A model generated the notes under the pieces. It did no database searches. It was not told the DNA's origin and saw only the letters and a list, made by a program, of their open reading frames with translations. Shown here piece by piece: positions 16,351 to 26,571 of a stretch of DNA of 64,000 nucleotides (its first letter is position 1; each line of letters starts with the position of its first letter). Source of the stretch: Clostridia bacterium (lineage in GTDB: Bacteria > Bacillota > Clostridia > Oscillospirales > CAG-272). The position numbers and the translations under genes were made by a program. The stretch is from NCBI GenBank assembly GCA_017450945.1, contig JAFSSP010000031.1:27899-91898 (forward strand), read 5' to 3'.

Positions 16351-19011
16351 TTACCCCAATTTCTCCAGTGCCGAAAGGACGCCGGCAAGGCTTTCTTGCA
16401 TGTTGGCGAGTTTTGTGCGTTCGGCGTCGACGACCGCGGCGGGAGCGCGAGAAACGAAGGCCTCGTTGGAGAGTTTTGCCTCTTGGCGGGCGATGCCCTC
16501 TTCGAGCTTTTTCTTTTCGTCTGCAAGACGAGCACGCTCTTTGTCAAGGTCGATGAGGTCCGACAAGGGCAGGTAAATCGTTGCCGAATCGGTGACGATC
16601 TGCGCGGCGTTATCGGCCGAGACACGGCTGTGGTCAAAAGCGTTCGCCACTTCCACTTCAGAGGCCGATGCAAGACGCACAAAGAAGGGATAGGTTGCCT
16701 CGCCGAAGGATTCGGGATACTTGGTCTCGATATAGACCTTGGCCTTTCTTGACGGCGGCACGTTCATCTCGTTGCGGCGCAGGCGGATCGCCTTGATTGC
16801 GGAAATTACGCGGGCAAGCTCCAGCGACTCTGCCGGATAGCTGCAAGCCGGATCTGCCTTCGGGAAGGACGAAATCACGATGCTCTCGGCGTCGCCCTCG
16901 ATGTGCGGAAGCGCCTGATAAATCTCCTCGGTGATAAAGGGCATGAAGGGGTGCAGGAGCTTTAGGATGCCGATGAGCACATAGGCAAGCACGTTCTGCG
17001 CCACAAGGTTTTCGGGCGTATCCTTTGCCGAAAGGCGGCTCTTGGAAAGTTCGATGTACCAGTCGCAGAAGATATCCCACACGAAGTCGTAAACGCTCGA
17101 GAGCGCCACGCCGACCTCGTAATGGTCAAGAGAACTCGTCACAATCCCGACCGTGCGGTTGAGCTCGGAAAGGATCCATTTGTCCTCGGGGGCAAGATCC
17201 TTTTCATTCGGCAATTTCACCTTGTCGATCGAGAGGTTCATGCGGGCAAAGCGAGAGGCGTTCCAGAGCTTGTTGGCAAAGTTGCGCGCCGACTCGATCT
17301 TTTCGTCCGAAAAACGCATATCGTTTCCGGGCGAGTTGCCGGTCGAGAGCGCAAAGCGGAGCGCGTCGGCGCCGTACTTGTCGATCACTTCCAGAGGATC
17401 AATGCCGTTGCCGAGCGACTTGGACATTTTTCTGCCCTTTGCGTCGCGCACAAGGCCGTGGATAAAGACGGTGTGGAAGGGTTCTTTGCCCATCTGTTCG
17501 AGCCCCGAGAAGATCATTCTCGCCACCCAGAAGAAGATGATGTCATATCCCGTGACGAGCACGCTCGTGGGATAGTACTTGGCAAGATCGGCGGTCTTTT
17601 CGGGCCAGCCGAGCGTGGAAAACGGCCAAAGAGCCGACGAGAACCAGGTGTCCAGCACGTCCTCTTCCTGCTCGATCTTGGTGCTTCCACACTTCGGGCA
17701 GACGGTGACGTCCTCGCGCGAGACTTCCATGTGTCCGCAGTCGCGGCAATAGAAGGCGGGGATCCGGTGTCCCCACCAGAGCTGACGCGAAATGCACCAG
17801 TCGTGGACGTTCTCCATCCAGTTGATGTAGATTTTTGCAAAGCGTTCGGGCTCAAACTTGACTCTGCCGTCCTTCACGACTTCGAGAGCGGGTTTTGCGA
17901 GCGGCTCCATTTTGACGAACCACTGATCCGAGGTGATCGGCTCGACCGTGGTGTGGCAACGGTAGCAGGTGCCGACGTTGTGCGTGTGCGGCTCCACTTT
18001 GAGGAGATACCCTTCTTTTTCAAGGTCGGCAACGAGCGCTTTGCGCGCCTCGTAGCGATCCATGCCCTCGTACTTGCCGCCGTAAGAATTGATGGTGGCG
18101 TCGTCGTTCATCACCTTGATGATCGGCAGATTATGGCGCTGTCCCACAAGGAAGTCGTTGGGGTCGTGCGCGGGGGTAATCTTCACACAGCCGGTTCCAA
18201 AGCCGATCTCGACGTAATCGTCGGCCACAACCGGAATCTCTCTGCCCACCATCGGCAGAATGAGCGTTTTGCCGATGAGGTGACGAGTCTTCTCATCATT
18301 CGGGTTGACCGCAACAGCGGTGTCGCCAAACATGGTCTCGGGGCGGGTTGTCGCCACTTCGACGTAGCCGTCCTCGCCCTTGATCGGGTATTTGATATGC
18401 CAGAAATGGCCGGGCTGTTCGGTGTATTCGACTTCGGCGTCCGAGAGCGCCGTGATGCACTTGGGGCACCAGTTGATGATGCGGTTGCCACGGTAAATAA
18501 GCCCCTTTTCGTAGAGGTTCACAAACACCTCTCGCACGGCCTTGGAGCAACCCTCGTCAAAGGTAAAGCGCTGACGGCTCCAGTCGCAGGACGCGCCGAG
18601 CTTTTTGAGCTGCCCTGTGATGCGGGCCTCGTATTTGTCCTTCCACTGCCAGACGCGTTCAAGGAATTTCTCTCGGCCGAGATCGTATCTGGTCAGTCCC
18701 TCTTCGACTCTGAGGCGCTCCTCGACCTTGATCTGCGTGGCGATGCCCGCGTGGTCGGTGCCGGGAACCCAGAGCGTGTTAAAGCCCTGCATCCGCTTGT
18801 AGCGGATAAGGATATCCTGCAGAGTTTCGTCCAGCGCATGCCCCATGTGGAGTTGCCCTGTCACGTTGGGGGGCGGGATGACGACCGAGAAATGCTCGGC
18901 AGAGTTCTTTACGTCGGGCGTAAAGTATCCCTTCTCGCACCACTCGGCATAGAGCCGATCCTCAAACGATGCGGGATCGTAGGTTTTTGAAAGTTCTTTG
19001 TATTGTTCCAT
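16351..19011 (-). CDS. valS: Valine--tRNA ligase
   Basis: 886 aa with HIGH-type motif (GQLHMGHAL), KMSKS and a C-terminal coiled coil. It is preceded by a T-box leader. Confidence 0.97.
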   Translation of the reverse strand: MEQYKELSKTYDPASFEDRLYAEWCEKGYFTPDVKNSAEHFSVVIPPPNVTGQLHMGHALDETLQDILIRYKRMQGFNTLWVPGTDHAGIATQIKVEERLRVEEGLTRYDLGREKFLERVWQWKDKYEARITGQLKKLGASCDWSRQRFTFDEGCSKAVREVFVNLYEKGLIYRGNRIINWCPKCITALSDAEVEYTEQPGHFWHIKYPIKGEDGYVEVATTRPETMFGDTAVAVNPNDEKTRHLIGKTLILPMVGREIPVVADDYVEIGFGTGCVKITPAHDPNDFLVGQRHNLPIIKVMNDDATINSYGGKYEGMDRYEARKALVADLEKEGYLLKVEPHTHNVGTCYRCHTTVEPITSDQWFVKMEPLAKPALEVVKDGRVKFEPERFAKIYINWMENVHDWCISRQLWWGHRIPAFYCRDCGHMEVSREDVTVCPKCGSTKIEQEEDVLDTWFSSALWPFSTLGWPEKTADLAKYYPTSVLVTGYDIIFFWVARMIFSGLEQMGKEPFHTVFIHGLVRDAKGRKMSKSLGNGIDPLEVIDKYGADALRFALSTGNSPGNDMRFSDEKIESARNFANKLWNASRFARMNLSIDKVKLPNEKDLAPEDKWILSELNRTVGIVTSSLDHYEVGVALSSVYDFVWDIFCDWYIELSKSRLSAKDTPENLVAQNVLAYVLIGILKLLHPFMPFITEEIYQALPHIEGDAESIVISSFPKADPACSYPAESLELARVISAIKAIRLRRNEMNVPPSRKAKVYIETKYPESFGEATYPFFVRLASASEVEVANAFDHSRVSADNAAQIVTDSATIYLPLSDLIDLDKERARLADEKKKLEEGIARQEAKLSNEAFVSRAPAAVVDAERTKLANMQESLAGVLSALEKLG

Positions 19012-19094
19012 ATTGATCTCCTTTTATGGATTGCAAGTCAAAATTGTTGTTCATTCAAGGAGCAACACCGCATCGCGTAGCTAATTGAATGAAC

Positions 19095-19330
19095 AAAAAA
19101 GCGCTTTGCGTCCATGATTCAGGACGCAAAGCGCGCGGTACCACCTGATTTCGATCATAAAGATCGCACTCAAACATCTGTTACGGGAAGACCCGTCGCG
19201 GACTACGCAGGAACGCCTCGTTCCCTTCACCCGCGCCGCTCGGAAGCTACTTCACTTTTTCGTGCCCGGGAACTTGCACCAACCGTTCCCTCTCTGAGAG
19301 CCGTAAAAAGCTACTCCTCTTCGTCATGGC
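19095..19330 (-). promoter_or_regulatory. T-box riboswitch leader of valS
   Basis: Minus strand reads AAATCAGGTGGTACCGCGCG (T-box sequence, 19151-19132), overlapping the terminator stem GCGCTTTGCGTCC/GGACGCAAAGCGC plus T6. The stem I region has AGAGA and GGTGCAA-type elements. GUG followed by A is a candidate Val specifier. Confidence 0.85.
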
Positions 19331-19339
19331 GTTTGATTG

Positions 19340-19368
19340 AGTATAACACAAAAACGGAAAAAAGTCAA
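19340..19368 (-). promoter_or_regulatory. valS promoter
   Basis: On the minus strand: TTGACT (19368-19363), 17 nt, TATACT (19345-19340). Confidence 0.55.
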
Positions 19369-19383
19369 GAGCGAACAAAAAAA

Positions 19384-20493
19384 TCAGCCCTGTTTGTTGC
19401 GGTCAACGACGGCCGGCACTTCCCTTCCGTCCGGGAAGCTCTGGACGATGGTTCCGAGCGTCAGATTTTCGACCACGGCGTCCTTGCGGATCTTCACGAG
19501 CGGTGCGTCCACTTCGTTTCTGACTTCTCTGCGGAAGACGTTTTCAATGCGGACGTTCTTTGTCACCGTGCCCGGGAAGAACTCGATGAGCGGGCAGGAG
19601 AGCGCGACCTTGTCCTCGTTTTCAAAATGGAAGAGTCCGTCGTTCATGTCAAAGCTTGCCGGCTTGGTCATGTAAATATCGGTCAGATGGATGTTTTCCA
19701 TGAGTGAGGGCGCGCCGGGATGCTGGTCGTGATGCGTAAAGGAAACCGCGTTGTAACGGCAGGAACCAAAGAGGTTCTTGATCGTAATGTTGCGCACCGG
19801 GCTTCCGCTCGAGAGCAGACGCACGCCGGTGTAGGTGCTCTCGCCGTACACGCCGTCAATGAGGATATCCTCGATCGGCCCGCGCGTGATCTCGGTCAAG
19901 GCAGTGGCATCGGCGGTCAGAGCGATCTGGTCGTCGTTTGCGACGCCGTGGATGTTCTTGATCACGCCAAAGCGGGCAGGGCCTGTGATGTGGATGCCGT
20001 CCATGTTCCGCTTTTTGCAGTTGTAATCAAGATAGATATTCTCGACCGTAAAATCTCTTACGTCGGCGATCTGCACGCCGAAGGAAAGCGGATCCTTGAT
20101 GGTCAGGTTGCCGAAATAGAGATTGCGGCAATGCACGAGGCGAATGAGCAGTCCAAGATAATCGTTTTTGAAATAGCGCTCTTTATTGAAGGTTCCGCCC
20201 TCGGCATAGCTCTCGCCGGGAGAGAGAAACTTGCGCTCACAGCCCAGGTTGGTGCCGTCCCAGACGCCGCCCTCGATTTTGATATTGAAATTCTCGTGCT
20301 CGCCGCACAGGCCGTCGTTTTCAATCAGCGAAAAGACCCCGGTATCCGGCAGGCGCAGGTGCGTGTCGGGTGCGAGCATCAGGTGCGTGTTGTCGTGAAT
20401 GACGAGCGGCTTTTCAATGAGATATTCGCCGGATGGAAAGACAATGGTTCCACGGCGGTCGAGCAACGCTTGCAGTTGTTCGGTTTGATTCAT
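19384..20493 (-). CDS. Right-handed beta-helix glycoside hydrolase (GH28/pectate-lyase-superfamily-like)
   Basis: 369 aa. N-terminal TIVFPSGEYLIEKPLVI is typical of Pectate_lyase_3. NMDGIH and NDDQIALTA resemble GH28 catalytic Asp motifs. No signal peptide. Confidence 0.6.
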   Translation of the reverse strand: MNQTEQLQALLDRRGTIVFPSGEYLIEKPLVIHDNTHLMLAPDTHLRLPDTGVFSLIENDGLCGEHENFNIKIEGGVWDGTNLGCERKFLSPGESYAEGGTFNKERYFKNDYLGLLIRLVHCRNLYFGNLTIKDPLSFGVQIADVRDFTVENIYLDYNCKKRNMDGIHITGPARFGVIKNIHGVANDDQIALTADATALTEITRGPIEDILIDGVYGESTYTGVRLLSSGSPVRNITIKNLFGSCRYNAVSFTHHDQHPGAPSLMENIHLTDIYMTKPASFDMNDGLFHFENEDKVALSCPLIEFFPGTVTKNVRIENVFRREVRNEVDAPLVKIRKDAVVENLTLGTIVQSFPDGREVPAVVDRNKQG

Positions 20494-20508
20494 GGTGTTT
20501 CCTCCCGA

Positions 20509-21384
20509 TTAAAAGAGTCCCAAGAGTAAGATCGACGCCGTACCAAAGGCAAAGCTGAGGATCGTCCTTTTTTTGAAGGGTTCGCGGAAAATAAAGATCG
20601 ACGCAAGGATGGTGAGCAGAACCGCGCCGCCGCTTGAGATCGGGTAGTAGATCATCGTCGGCAGTTTTCCCGCCAGCGTCAGATTGATGCGGTTATAGAA
20701 GATGATCACAAGCCCTGTCAAAAGAGCAAACAGAAGTCCGGCTTTGTAGGCGACCGGCGACTTTTCGCGCTTTTTTGCAAAGGGGAATGTGCAAAGATTC
20801 AAAAGGAAAATCAGTAGGAACGCGCAGGACAAAAAGGTCGGGATCTCAGCCCGGTCCGGCCCTGTTTGGTGGATCTTTTCAAACAGGCCCACCATGCCTG
20901 AAAAGAGGAGCGTGAGCAGGGCGAAAAGAAACCATTTTTTGGAGGTCGCTGTCTTCTCCCCTTTCAGGTCAACCGAGAAGAAGATCGCAACGAGCATAAG
21001 AAGCACGCCAAGGCCTTTCCAGATCGAAAAGCCCTCCGAAAAGAAGATCGGCCCTGCGACAGCGGGAATGATGAGACCGTACATGCAGAAAAGCGAACTG
21101 AGTCCCATAGGGCCTGTCGCCATACTCTTCATGAGGAAAAGCTGCATGAGATAGCAGGAGACCGCGTACCCGGCCGCCGGCAAAAGCGTCCAAAGAGAGA
21201 GCGTGGAAAACCCGGTTGTTACCAGCTGGATAACCAGTTGGGCGACCGCCGCAAGGCCGAACGCGACCAGATTGAAAAAGAAGATGCGGCTGTTCTGATC
21301 GGGGGCAACACTGCTGTACTGCTTGACAAACGCCGATTTGACGACCGCAAGCACAACAGAGGCCACAAGCAAAAGATAAATCAT
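20509..21384 (-). CDS. EamA/DMT-family membrane transporter
   Basis: About 10 TM helices. Start chosen at MIYLLLVAS (21384), preceded by AAGGAGAG. The upstream 45 codons of the ORF look non-coding. Confidence 0.7.
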   Translation of the reverse strand: MIYLLLVASVVLAVVKSAFVKQYSSVAPDQNSRIFFFNLVAFGLAAVAQLVIQLVTTGFSTLSLWTLLPAAGYAVSCYLMQLFLMKSMATGPMGLSSLFCMYGLIIPAVAGPIFFSEGFSIWKGLGVLLMLVAIFFSVDLKGEKTATSKKWFLFALLTLLFSGMVGLFEKIHQTGPDRAEIPTFLSCAFLLIFLLNLCTFPFAKKREKSPVAYKAGLLFALLTGLVIIFYNRINLTLAGKLPTMIYYPISSGGAVLLTILASIFIFREPFKKRTILSFAFGTASILLLGLF

Positions 21385-21480
21385 GGCAAGCCTCTCCTTT
21401 ATTTCAAAAAATCCAGCTTCCCTATCATACCATATCGCACCCAAAAAATCAATGAATTCTCCGAAAAAAGTGCAAGAAAA

Positions 21481-21513
21481 AAACTCCCTGCGGCCAAAAG
21501 GCGTGGGGAGTTT
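21481..21513. terminator. Terminator after rpmF
   Basis: AAACTCCC...GGGAGTTT stem flanked by A-run and T-run. Confidence 0.5.
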
Positions 21514-21533
21514 TTTCATTCTTTTGCAGGAGG

Positions 21534-21728
21534 TCAGGCGTCAGCCTTAACGTCCAGAACCTTTTTGCCGTTATAAAAACCGCAAACTTTGCAGACGCAA
21601 TGGTTCTTCACAAAAGCATTGCAAGCAGGGTTGGAGCATTTGTTCACTCCGGGAAGAGTCAGTTTGCTGTTGTTGGAACGTCTCTTGTCTCTGCGTGCTT
21701 TGGATACTTTCTTCTTTGGTACTGCCAT
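21534..21728 (-). CDS. rpmF: 50S ribosomal protein L32
   Basis: MAVPKKKVSKARRDKRR plus a CxxC...CxxC zinc ribbon, 64 aa. Confidence 0.95.
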   Translation of the reverse strand: MAVPKKKVSKARRDKRRSNNSKLTLPGVNKCSNPACNAFVKNHCVCKVCGFYNGKKVLDVKADA

Positions 21729-21768
21729 GTCTACACCTCCTCTTTTACAACGAAAGAATACATTTCAT

Positions 21769-22290
21769 TCAATGAGATTTTTCATTTTTGTCAAACAAGC
21801 CTTCAAGCACCTTCCAGCGCGGATCAATCTCCTTGGTTTCGCAGGAGCAGGAGCCCTCCGAGAGCGGACGACCGCACTTGGGGCAAAGGCCCATGCAATC
21901 CTCGCGGCATAAAAACCGCATTGGGAAACAAAGGATGAGTTCCTCTCTGACCGTCTCGTCGAGGTCGAGCTTTCCGTTTTCTATGACGGCAAACTCGTCC
22001 ACGTTCTCTTCGAGCTGCTCGCGCGTCAGCGTTTCTTTGACCGCGACCGTTCGTTCGAGATCAACCGAAAAAACACCTTCCACAGGGGCAAGACACCGGG
22101 CGCATTCGGTTTTATAAGGCGCTTCTGCCGAGAGGGTCAGGTGCATGTAGCCGCCCTCGTCGGTGATCTCGCCCTTCACACGGATCTCTCCCGACATTCT
22201 TGTATCGCAGGCTTCATCCAAGGGGAGCAGATAATCGATCTCCATGCGACGGATCTCTCCGCGCAGCATAGGTCCCATATCCAGAACCAA
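21769..22290 (-). CDS. yceD: YceD/DUF177 family protein
   Basis: 173 aa with C-terminal CREDCMGLCPKCG...CSC. It sits in the conserved position upstream of rpmF. Confidence 0.85.
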   Translation of the reverse strand: MVLDMGPMLRGEIRRMEIDYLLPLDEACDTRMSGEIRVKGEITDEGGYMHLTLSAEAPYKTECARCLAPVEGVFSVDLERTVAVKETLTREQLEENVDEFAVIENGKLDLDETVREELILCFPMRFLCREDCMGLCPKCGRPLSEGSCSCETKEIDPRWKVLEGLFDKNEKSH

Positions 22291-22373
22291 AATGCCACCC
22301 CCTTAGTGACACAAAATGCAACACTGTATATTATATCCAACCTGCCCCGGTTTGTCAAGGGCTTTTTGCGATT

Positions 22374-23255
22374 TTACTCGGAGATCTTCGAAAGGATCGC
22401 GTCGCCGAGCGTCTGCATGCCGTTTTTGGTCGGATGGAGTCCATCCAGACTCTCGTAGCGCTCGGCATCCGAGAGGTTGATCAAGCGCACACCCATCTCG
22501 GGCGCAACCTTGATGATCTGTTCGGTATAAGGCTGGGTATGCGTCCGATCCGACTTATCGCTCTTTGGCACCGTGATACACCAGATTTCGGCGTCGGGAT
22601 AGTTCTTTTTGAGTTTTTCGAGCATCAGGCGATAGGCCTCCGAGAAGATGGTGGGATCTCCCTTCTCTTCCTCGCTCTCGGGCGCAGGTTTTGCGGGAAT
22701 GCCACCGTCGTTGATGCTGAGAAAGATCATGATGACGTCGGGGTTTTTGCCGTCCTTGCCGAGCGTGGAAGTGCGCTCATCGGTGCAGGCACACATCCAT
22801 TTGTTTGCACTTTTCGGGTTGACCGAAACGGTGCTGCCCGAGACCGAATTGTTGGCCAGAAGCACTCCGCCAAGTTCATCGATGACGTGGCCCCACCAAG
22901 TGTCGGTAAACTCTATAACGCCGGTTTTTTCGCGCTTTTCAACCGTGTAAAAAACGACCTCCTCGGGCGTGTTGTAACCGTGAAGCGTACTGATCGAGTC
23001 TCCGGTGACCGAAAACAGTTTCCCTTCGTATTTGCTCTTTTTGTTCATGTTAGGCTCCCCTTCTTCTTTTTCTTCCGCCTCTATCTCGACGGGTTTATTC
23101 GGTTCTTCCGTCTCTGTCTCGGCGGGTTCGTTTGGTTCTTCCACAACGGTTTTTTCGGGTTCTTCGACCGGTTCAGGCTTTGCGCAGGACGGGATCAAAA
23201 GCATCACGATGCATAACAGGATCGCGACGATCGAAAAAAGTCGTTTTGTTTTCAT
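22374..23255 (-). CDS. SGNH/GDSL hydrolase lipoprotein
   Basis: Start at MKTKRLF (23255), lipobox LLIPSCAKP, acidic Glu/Pro linker, block I GDSIS and a C-terminal DGLHP-type block V. Confidence 0.75.
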   Translation of the reverse strand: MKTKRLFSIVAILLCIVMLLIPSCAKPEPVEEPEKTVVEEPNEPAETETEEPNKPVEIEAEEKEEGEPNMNKKSKYEGKLFSVTGDSISTLHGYNTPEEVVFYTVEKREKTGVIEFTDTWWGHVIDELGGVLLANNSVSGSTVSVNPKSANKWMCACTDERTSTLGKDGKNPDVIMIFLSINDGGIPAKPAPESEEEKGDPTIFSEAYRLMLEKLKKNYPDAEIWCITVPKSDKSDRTHTQPYTEQIIKVAPEMGVRLINLSDAERYESLDGLHPTKNGMQTLGDAILSKISE

Positions 23256-23301
23256 GTTTGCCCGCCTTTCAAGGATGAATTGATGTGAACCCTTCTTAAT
23301 T

Positions 23302-23366
23302 ATTATAGCTTTGCGAGCCGGATTTGTCAAGAATTCTTGACAAAAAGCACTGTAGAATGTTACAAT
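23302..23366. promoter_or_regulatory. Back-to-back divergent promoters sharing a 20-bp perfect palindrome
   Basis: TTGTCAAGAATTCTTGACAA (23324-23343) supplies a TTGACA -35 on each strand. The minus -10 is TATAAT (23307-23302, 17-nt spacer). The plus -10 is TACAAT (23361-23366, 18-nt spacer). Confidence 0.55.
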
Positions 23367-23398
23367 ATCCTTACTGCAAAAGAAAGTGAGGGAAGCCA

Positions 23399-24571
23399 AT
23401 GAAAGTCGCCGGGATCATTTGCGAATGCAATCCGTTCCATAAGGGCCACGCCTATCTGATCGAATCGGCAAAGGCCGCGGGAGCCGAGCTTGTCATCTGC
23501 CTTTTGTCCGGCTACTTTACCGAGCGGGCCGAACCTGCGATTTTTGATCCCTATATTCGAGCAAAAACCATGCTCTGCGGCGGCGCCGACCTCATTCTCG
23601 AATTTCCCTTCCCTCTCTGCGCCTCGGGCGCCGAATGCTTTGGCTTTTCGGGCATAGAAATTCTCTCAAAACTCGGGATCGACGAATTGTGGTTTGGGAG
23701 CGAGAGCGGCGACCTTGAGCGCCTGAAAAAGCTCGCAAAAGCCGCAGACGATCCGGCCTTTCTTGCCGCCTACAAAGAGAGCGTAAAAGGCGAGGATGGG
23801 AGCGCCAAGGCCTATTTTGATCTGTTGCAGAAATTCGCAAAAGAAAAAGGCGAAATTCTCCCCAACGACGCGCTTGGAATTCAATATCTGCGAGCGATCG
23901 ACCGCCTGCAAAAAAAGATTGCGCCCCGCATCCTTTTGCGCCGGGGATCCGGGCATGACGAAGAAGGGCTCTCGGAATATTCCAGCGCCTCGGCACTGCG
24001 AGGCGAGATCGAGAGCGGAAGGCTGAGCCTGCTTGAAAGCCATCTTCCTGCCGGCTCCTTGCCGATCTTAAAGGACGCGATTGCGCAAGACCGCGCGCCT
24101 GCAACGCTTGAGACGGCAGAGCGCGCCATTCTCTGGCGGCTTCACTCGATGAAAAAAGAAGAACTGACCAGCCTCCCCGAACTTTCCGGTGGTCTTGGCG
24201 AGCGGATCCTGCAAGCGGCAAAAAAGGCCGCCTCTCTTGACGAGCTTCTGACGCTTGCCGCCACGAAAAAATACCCCATCGCGCGCATCCGCAGAGGAAT
24301 CCTTTTTGCCATGACCGGAGTCACAAAAGAAGATTTGCGCACTTCTCCTTCCTATCTGCGTCTTCTCGGGGCGACCGATGCGGGCAGAAAATTTCTTTCC
24401 TCCCTGCGAAAGAGTGCGCCCTTCCAGATTGTGACCAAGCAAAAGGATCTTCCCTCTTCCACGCAAGAGGAAGAGCTGGAATACGCCGCGCTCTCGCTCT
24501 ACGGACTGTGCCTGCCAAAAGCAAAAACCCCGGCATTCTTTCTCGGCCTTCCACCTTGTGTCGAAAAATGA
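23399..24571 (+). CDS. tmcAL: tRNA(Met) cytidine acetate ligase (nucleotidyltransferase, UPF0348/YlbM family)
   Basis: N-terminus MKVAGIICECNPFHKGHAYLI is the family-defining HxGH-like motif. 390 aa. Confidence 0.8.
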   Translation: MKVAGIICECNPFHKGHAYLIESAKAAGAELVICLLSGYFTERAEPAIFDPYIRAKTMLCGGADLILEFPFPLCASGAECFGFSGIEILSKLGIDELWFGSESGDLERLKKLAKAADDPAFLAAYKESVKGEDGSAKAYFDLLQKFAKEKGEILPNDALGIQYLRAIDRLQKKIAPRILLRRGSGHDEEGLSEYSSASALRGEIESGRLSLLESHLPAGSLPILKDAIAQDRAPATLETAERAILWRLHSMKKEELTSLPELSGGLGERILQAAKKAASLDELLTLAATKKYPIARIRRGILFAMTGVTKEDLRTSPSYLRLLGATDAGRKFLSSLRKSAPFQIVTKQKDLPSSTQEEELEYAALSLYGLCLPKAKTPAFFLGLPPCVEK

Positions 24572-24669
24572 GGAAGAATAATTGATCAAATCCATTGACA
24601 AGGCTCTAAAACTGTGATAAACTAAGAATAACGGGTCACCCAATGACCCCACAAAAAGGAGGATGCAGA

Positions 24670-24969
24670 ATGGCTGAAGAGAAGCGTGCCAAGGTTTCCG
24701 GCAGTTATCTGGAATACAAGGATAAACCGCTGGTCAGAGAAGAAAACACCATCGTTTACGGCGATCTCAATGAAAAATGCATTCTGATTCTGGAGATCAT
24801 GTCCTTTAAGGAGGTCGACGGCAAAAAATTGCCGAAGGACGTTCTCATTCAGGTCATTGATTCCAAAGATCCGACCAAAATCATCCGCCAAGGGCGCAAG
24901 GAAGGCCTTCACGACGCCTTCTCCTTCGGCCTTACTTGGCTCGATATGGCGCTCAAAGCAGAAGCATAA
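24670..24969 (+). CDS. Hypothetical 99-aa protein
   Basis: ATG at 24670 preceded by AAAGGAGG. TTGACA-17-TAAACT promoter at ~24596-24624. No recognisable motif. Confidence 0.5.
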   Translation: MAEEKRAKVSGSYLEYKDKPLVREENTIVYGDLNEKCILILEIMSFKEVDGKKLPKDVLIQVIDSKDPTKIIRQGRKEGLHDAFSFGLTWLDMALKAEA

Positions 24970-24982
24970 ATGAAAAACAGAT

Positions 24983-25016
24983 GCGGGGAAAACTTTTTGG
25001 AAAAGGTTTTCCCCGC
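24983..25016 (+). repeat. Solo copy of the conserved terminator-like hairpin
   Basis: GCGGGGAAAAC...GTTTTCCCCGC followed by ACCCTTTTCAAAAAC, 13 nt after the stop codon. Confidence 0.7.
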
Positions 25017-25140
25017 ACCCTTTTCAAAAACTTACATCATGTTTGCGCAAGCGAAAAAGGAGTGGTTCATCGTCATATAAAATCGTTCCGACCAAAAGAA
25101 GCGGCCCGGGGTGAGCCATGCTCCCCCGGGTCGCTTCTTT

Positions 25141-25217
25141 TGGTCGGAGTGACTGGACTCGAACCAGCGGCCTCTTGGTCCCGAACCAAGCGCACTACCA
25201 AGCTGTGCCACACCCCG
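25141..25217 (-). tRNA. tRNA-Pro (anticodon CGG)
   Basis: A 77-nt cloverleaf folded by hand: acceptor CGGGGTG/CACTCCG, anticodon stem CTTGG/CCAAG with loop TTCGGGA, T-loop TTCGAGT and encoded CCA. An upstream TTGACA-17-TACAAT lies at 25263-25235 on the minus strand. Confidence 0.9.
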
Positions 25218-25354
25218 TTTTTTCGTGCTCCCCTATTGTAGCATATTCCATTTTCTCTGTCAAGTCTTTTTCTTCATTTTTTGGTGATCGCCCTTGTCTT
25301 TTTTTGAAAAGCTCTTGACAAACGAGGGCGTTTTGGATATAATAATCTCGTTGC

Positions 25355-25430
25355 GCTGGTGTAGCACAGCCGGTAGTGCAGCTGATTCGTAATCAGCAGG
25401 TCGTGTGTTCGAATCACATCACCAGCTCCA
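25355..25430 (+). tRNA. tRNA-Thr (anticodon CGU)
   Basis: A 76-nt cloverleaf: acceptor GCTGGTG/CACCAGC, anticodon stem GCTGA/TCAGC with loop TTCGTAA, T-loop TTCGAAT and encoded CCA. TTGACA-17-TATAAT lies at 25315-25343. Confidence 0.9.
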
Positions 25431-25470
25431 AAAGAGCGAAAAGGACTTCCCTTTTCGCTCTTTTGTTTTT
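25431..25470 (+). terminator. Terminator after tRNA-Thr
   Basis: AAAGAGCGAAAAGG / CCTTTTCGCTCTTT stem followed by a T-run. Confidence 0.7.
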
Positions 25471-25541
25471 CCTCTTTTTTAGAACAAAACCAGTTTTGAT
25501 TTTTATTCCAATTTGCAAACAGCTTTATTTGACAAAGGAAA

Positions 25542-25568
25542 ACGGCGGACGCAATCAGCGTCCGCCGT
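25542..25568. terminator. Terminator after the peptide ABC operon
   Basis: ACGGCGGACGC / GCGTCCGCCGT, an 11-bp perfect stem with T-rich tracts on both strands. Confidence 0.7.
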
Positions 25569-25590
25569 GAGTTTTTTTGCAAGGAACACT

Positions 25591-26571
25591 TTACTCGGCG
25601 TGATAGGATTCCAGCTTTTCGAGTCTCTTCTCGAAAGCGACCATATCCTCGTCGTTTGCATACACAAAGTGCCCGGGGCGGATCTCGCGCATCTCTCTGG
25701 GAGCGGCATTGGGATCGTCCTCTTCTTTGTTGTACACGATCGAATCTCTGTTTTTCTCAATGATCGGGTCGGGCATCGGCACGGCACTGAGCAGCGAAAT
25801 CGTGTAGGGATGCACCGGATACTTGAAAAGATCTTCGGATTCTGCGATCTCAACGATTTTGCCGAGGTGGATCACCGCGATACGGTCTGCAATGAACCGA
25901 ACGACTGAAAGATCGTGCGCGATGAAGAGATAGGTTAGGTTCTTTTCCTTTTTGAGTTTGTTCATCAGGTTGAGAACCTGCGCGCGGATCGAAACGTCGA
26001 GTGCCGAGATCGGTTCGTCGGCAATGATGAACTGCGGCTCCATGATCATGGCGCGGGCAATCCCGACTCTCTGTCTCTGGCCGCCCGAGAACTCGTGCGG
26101 ATATCTCGACTTGTGCTCCGGAAGCAGTCCGACGTCCTCAAGCGCTTTGTCAACCTTGGCGATTCTGTCCTCGTTGTCCTTATACAAATGGAAGTTGTAA
26201 AGGCCTTCGGAAATGCAGTACTCAATGGTTGCACGCTCGTTGAGCGAGGCGGCGGGATCCTGGAAAATCATTTGGATGTTCCGGATGACGTTTCTGTCCT
26301 GCTGTTTGGAGATCTTACCGGAGATGCGCTCGCCGTTGAAGAGGATCTCGCCCGCAGTGCAGGGGTTGATCCGAATTACGGCACGTCCGAGTGTGGTCTT
26401 GCCGCTTCCCGATTCGCCAACGAGGGCAAAGGTCTCGCCACGGTAGATGTCAAAATTGGCATCGCTGACCGCTTTGAATTTCTTTTTGCCGCCCACGTCA
26501 AAGGCAACGTCAACGTGTCTGACCGAAAGGATGACTTCGCGTTCGTTATTCGTCGTCGACATAGAAGGCAC
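25591..26571 (-). CDS. Peptide ABC transporter ATP-binding protein (OppF/DppF-type)
   Basis: Walker [10 protein letters not shown], signature [14 protein letters not shown], Walker [13 protein letters not shown] and a C-terminal oligopeptide-type extension. Confidence 0.9.
   Translation of the reverse strand: MPSMSTTNNEREVILSVRHVDVAFDVGGKKKFKAVSDANFDIYRGETFALVGESGSGKTTLGRAVIRINPCTAGEILFNGERISGKISKQQDRNVIRNIQMIFQDPAASLNERATIEYCISEGLYNFHLYKDNEDRIAKVDKALEDVGLLPEHKSRYPHEFSGGQRQRVGIARAMIMEPQFIIADEPISALDVSIRAQVLNLMNKLKKEKNLTYLFIAHDLSVVRFIADRIAVIHLGKIVEIAESEDLFKYPVHPYTISLLSAVPMPDPIIEKNRDSIVYNKEEDDPNAAPREMREIRPGHFVYANDEDMVAFEKRLEKLESYHAE

Noticed and set aside
17122-18990. 622-aa plus-strand ORF
   Set aside because: It is antisense to valS, whose identity is unambiguous (HIGH/KMSKS motifs and a T-box leader).
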